NCBI GenBank assembly: GCA_043228905.1
Contig: JBHGNT010000016.1
Coordinates: forward strand, 9,424,001 to 9,488,000
Reading direction: 5' to 3'
DNA length: 64,000 nucleotides
Source: Azolla caroliniana
Lineage: Eukaryota; Plantae; Polypodiophyta
The notes below the pieces were generated by a model that did no database searches, was not told the DNA's origin, and saw only the letters and a program-made list of their open reading frames with translations. This document shows, in pieces, positions 62,601 to 64,000 of the stretch. Within the stretch, counting starts at the first letter, position 1. Each line of letters opens with the position of its first letter. Made by a program: the position numbers and the translations under genes.

Positions 62601-63466
62601 AGAACAAGAACGGGAATGGATGACACCGGACAAGGAGAAGGAGAGGAAGAAAGAACCAAGGGGGAAGATGAGCAAATAAAGGAAGCCGAGCCGATCGAAG
62701 GAGTCGGCACATCCGAATAAGTCAAAGCAAATGGTAGAGTCAAGAAGGACAAAGCCGATCAGAAGAAGGCCAAGAGCCGGACGTAGTCCAATGTGGTGAA
62801 GTGCCTAAAAACGGAAGAAGAGTCCGACACTACCAACTCGAACAAGAGCTGGAACGAATCGGAGGAAGCCGATTCGGTTCAATAGTTGGATTCGGAAGAG
62901 CTCGATCAACTAAAGGCCAAGCAGACAAGAAGGCACTGGAAGTCGAGACAAATACGGGCGAATCGATGGGTCGACAAGCGCCAGAGTCGTAGCAGCAAAG
63001 GAGCTGAGATGGGCCTGCTGAGCAGAAAAGCCGACCAAGGAGCACGAGGTGCACAGAACTGGACTGGACGAGGAGTGCGAGCAAGGCGGGAGGACGTTAA
63101 AAGAAGCTGAAGGAAAGAACCGGCCACTGTAGACACTGACACCATGATCCGACCTCAAGTTGAGCTTGAGGAGGAGTGTTGAGCGAGCAAGCTCAACCGG
63201 ATCCGGATCGGTATCCGGATGATATCTGGAACCAAGAGCCGAATCGGAGACCTGGATCGGATTGAAACCAGTAGGTCGTTAGAGGCTTAGGGATCCAGCC
63301 TAGTATGTAGGCATAGTTTTGGGGGTCAGTTACAGTCACTCATGTGAGCATTGAAGTACCTGTCAATACTTCTATCAGTCCTTTATGGACTCGCATAAAA
63401 GTCTCTCTCAGCACATTCAATGTACAGAGTCATATATAGAGTATTATTTTTTAATATAGTTTATGT
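59660..63466 (+). mobile_element. Degenerate Ty1/copia family A: integrase, RT, RNase H, C-terminal extension, PPT, 3' LTR
   Basis: [62 protein letters not shown] and KHIEVHYHF motifs with many stops. LTR from 63177. Confidence 0.92.
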
Positions 63467-64000
63467 TGTCATGCCTTTCGGCTCCAGATCGTTGCATGAG
63501 TCGGGTGGGAACCACTGAGGTTTTAGACTAGGAGAAAGAAGAATACAATATAAGGCTAGTTATGAATAGGTAGAAAGAGAAGTAAGAAATAAAAACTTAT
63601 GAATCCCACGTGTTTAGTGTATTTAATCAATATTTAGATTGTAAGAAAGAGAATTTTTATGATAAACTCGTGAATCCCACGAATATATTAGATTGATCAA
63701 TCCTTGTAAAATAATCAACAACATCATACATCTTTCTCTCCTCCTTATATAAGGATGGAAAAGACTAAGCATAGCGTCATGCTTTTTCTAAAGTGTTCAT
63801 GCACACTAAATGTGCATGAGTTGCTTTTTCCACTATGCTTTTATTTCCTAAATATAATGCTCATGCTCGCTAGATGTGCATGAGTAGTTTTTTATAGGTG
63901 TACATTTTGTTTATAAATAAAATATTCACGCATTCTAAACATGCATGACTTACCTTTTAGCGTAAATAAAGGTCTTATATGTATTAAATCTATATTTAAA
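63467..64000. mobile_element. LTR-like insertion into the family-A 3' LTR
   Basis: Starts TGTCATG like the gypsy LTR termini. Contains CTCCTTATATA and TGCATG-rich segments resembling the type-Y LTR at 40500-40640. Confidence 0.45.

Overview
Eukaryotic land-plant nuclear DNA. A non-seed plant such as a fern is my inference from the transposon repertoire. I reconstructed two intact spliced host genes by hand: DNA topoisomerase III-beta (TOP3B; + strand, 15 coding exons, 2343-23899, 865 aa) and a pectin methylesterase (- strand, 4 exons, 54857-56582, 414 aa). The two ~6.7-kb TOP3B introns (8 and 13) contain a hAT-type MITE with an intact 8-bp TSD, several copies of an RTEX-like LINE in both orientations, and a truncated copia element. 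25.5-52 kb and 57.6-64 kb are nests of decayed Ty1/copia and Ty3/gypsy LTR retrotransposons; none is intact. The most unusual features are: (1) a 14-unit, ~48-bp hairpin-repeat array beside a retroelement PPT; (2) a copia family whose Pol reads through the canonical PPT into a conserved charged tail and uses a second PPT; (3) a tRNA-like Pol III module inside gypsy LTRs; (4) a fungal-Ylt1-like gypsy family with 4-bp TSDs and exchanged U3 regions; (5) inverted LINE copies flanking an in-frame 873-nt exon block of TOP3B. Element boundaries without a TSD or TG..CA evidence are approximate. No database searches were possible.
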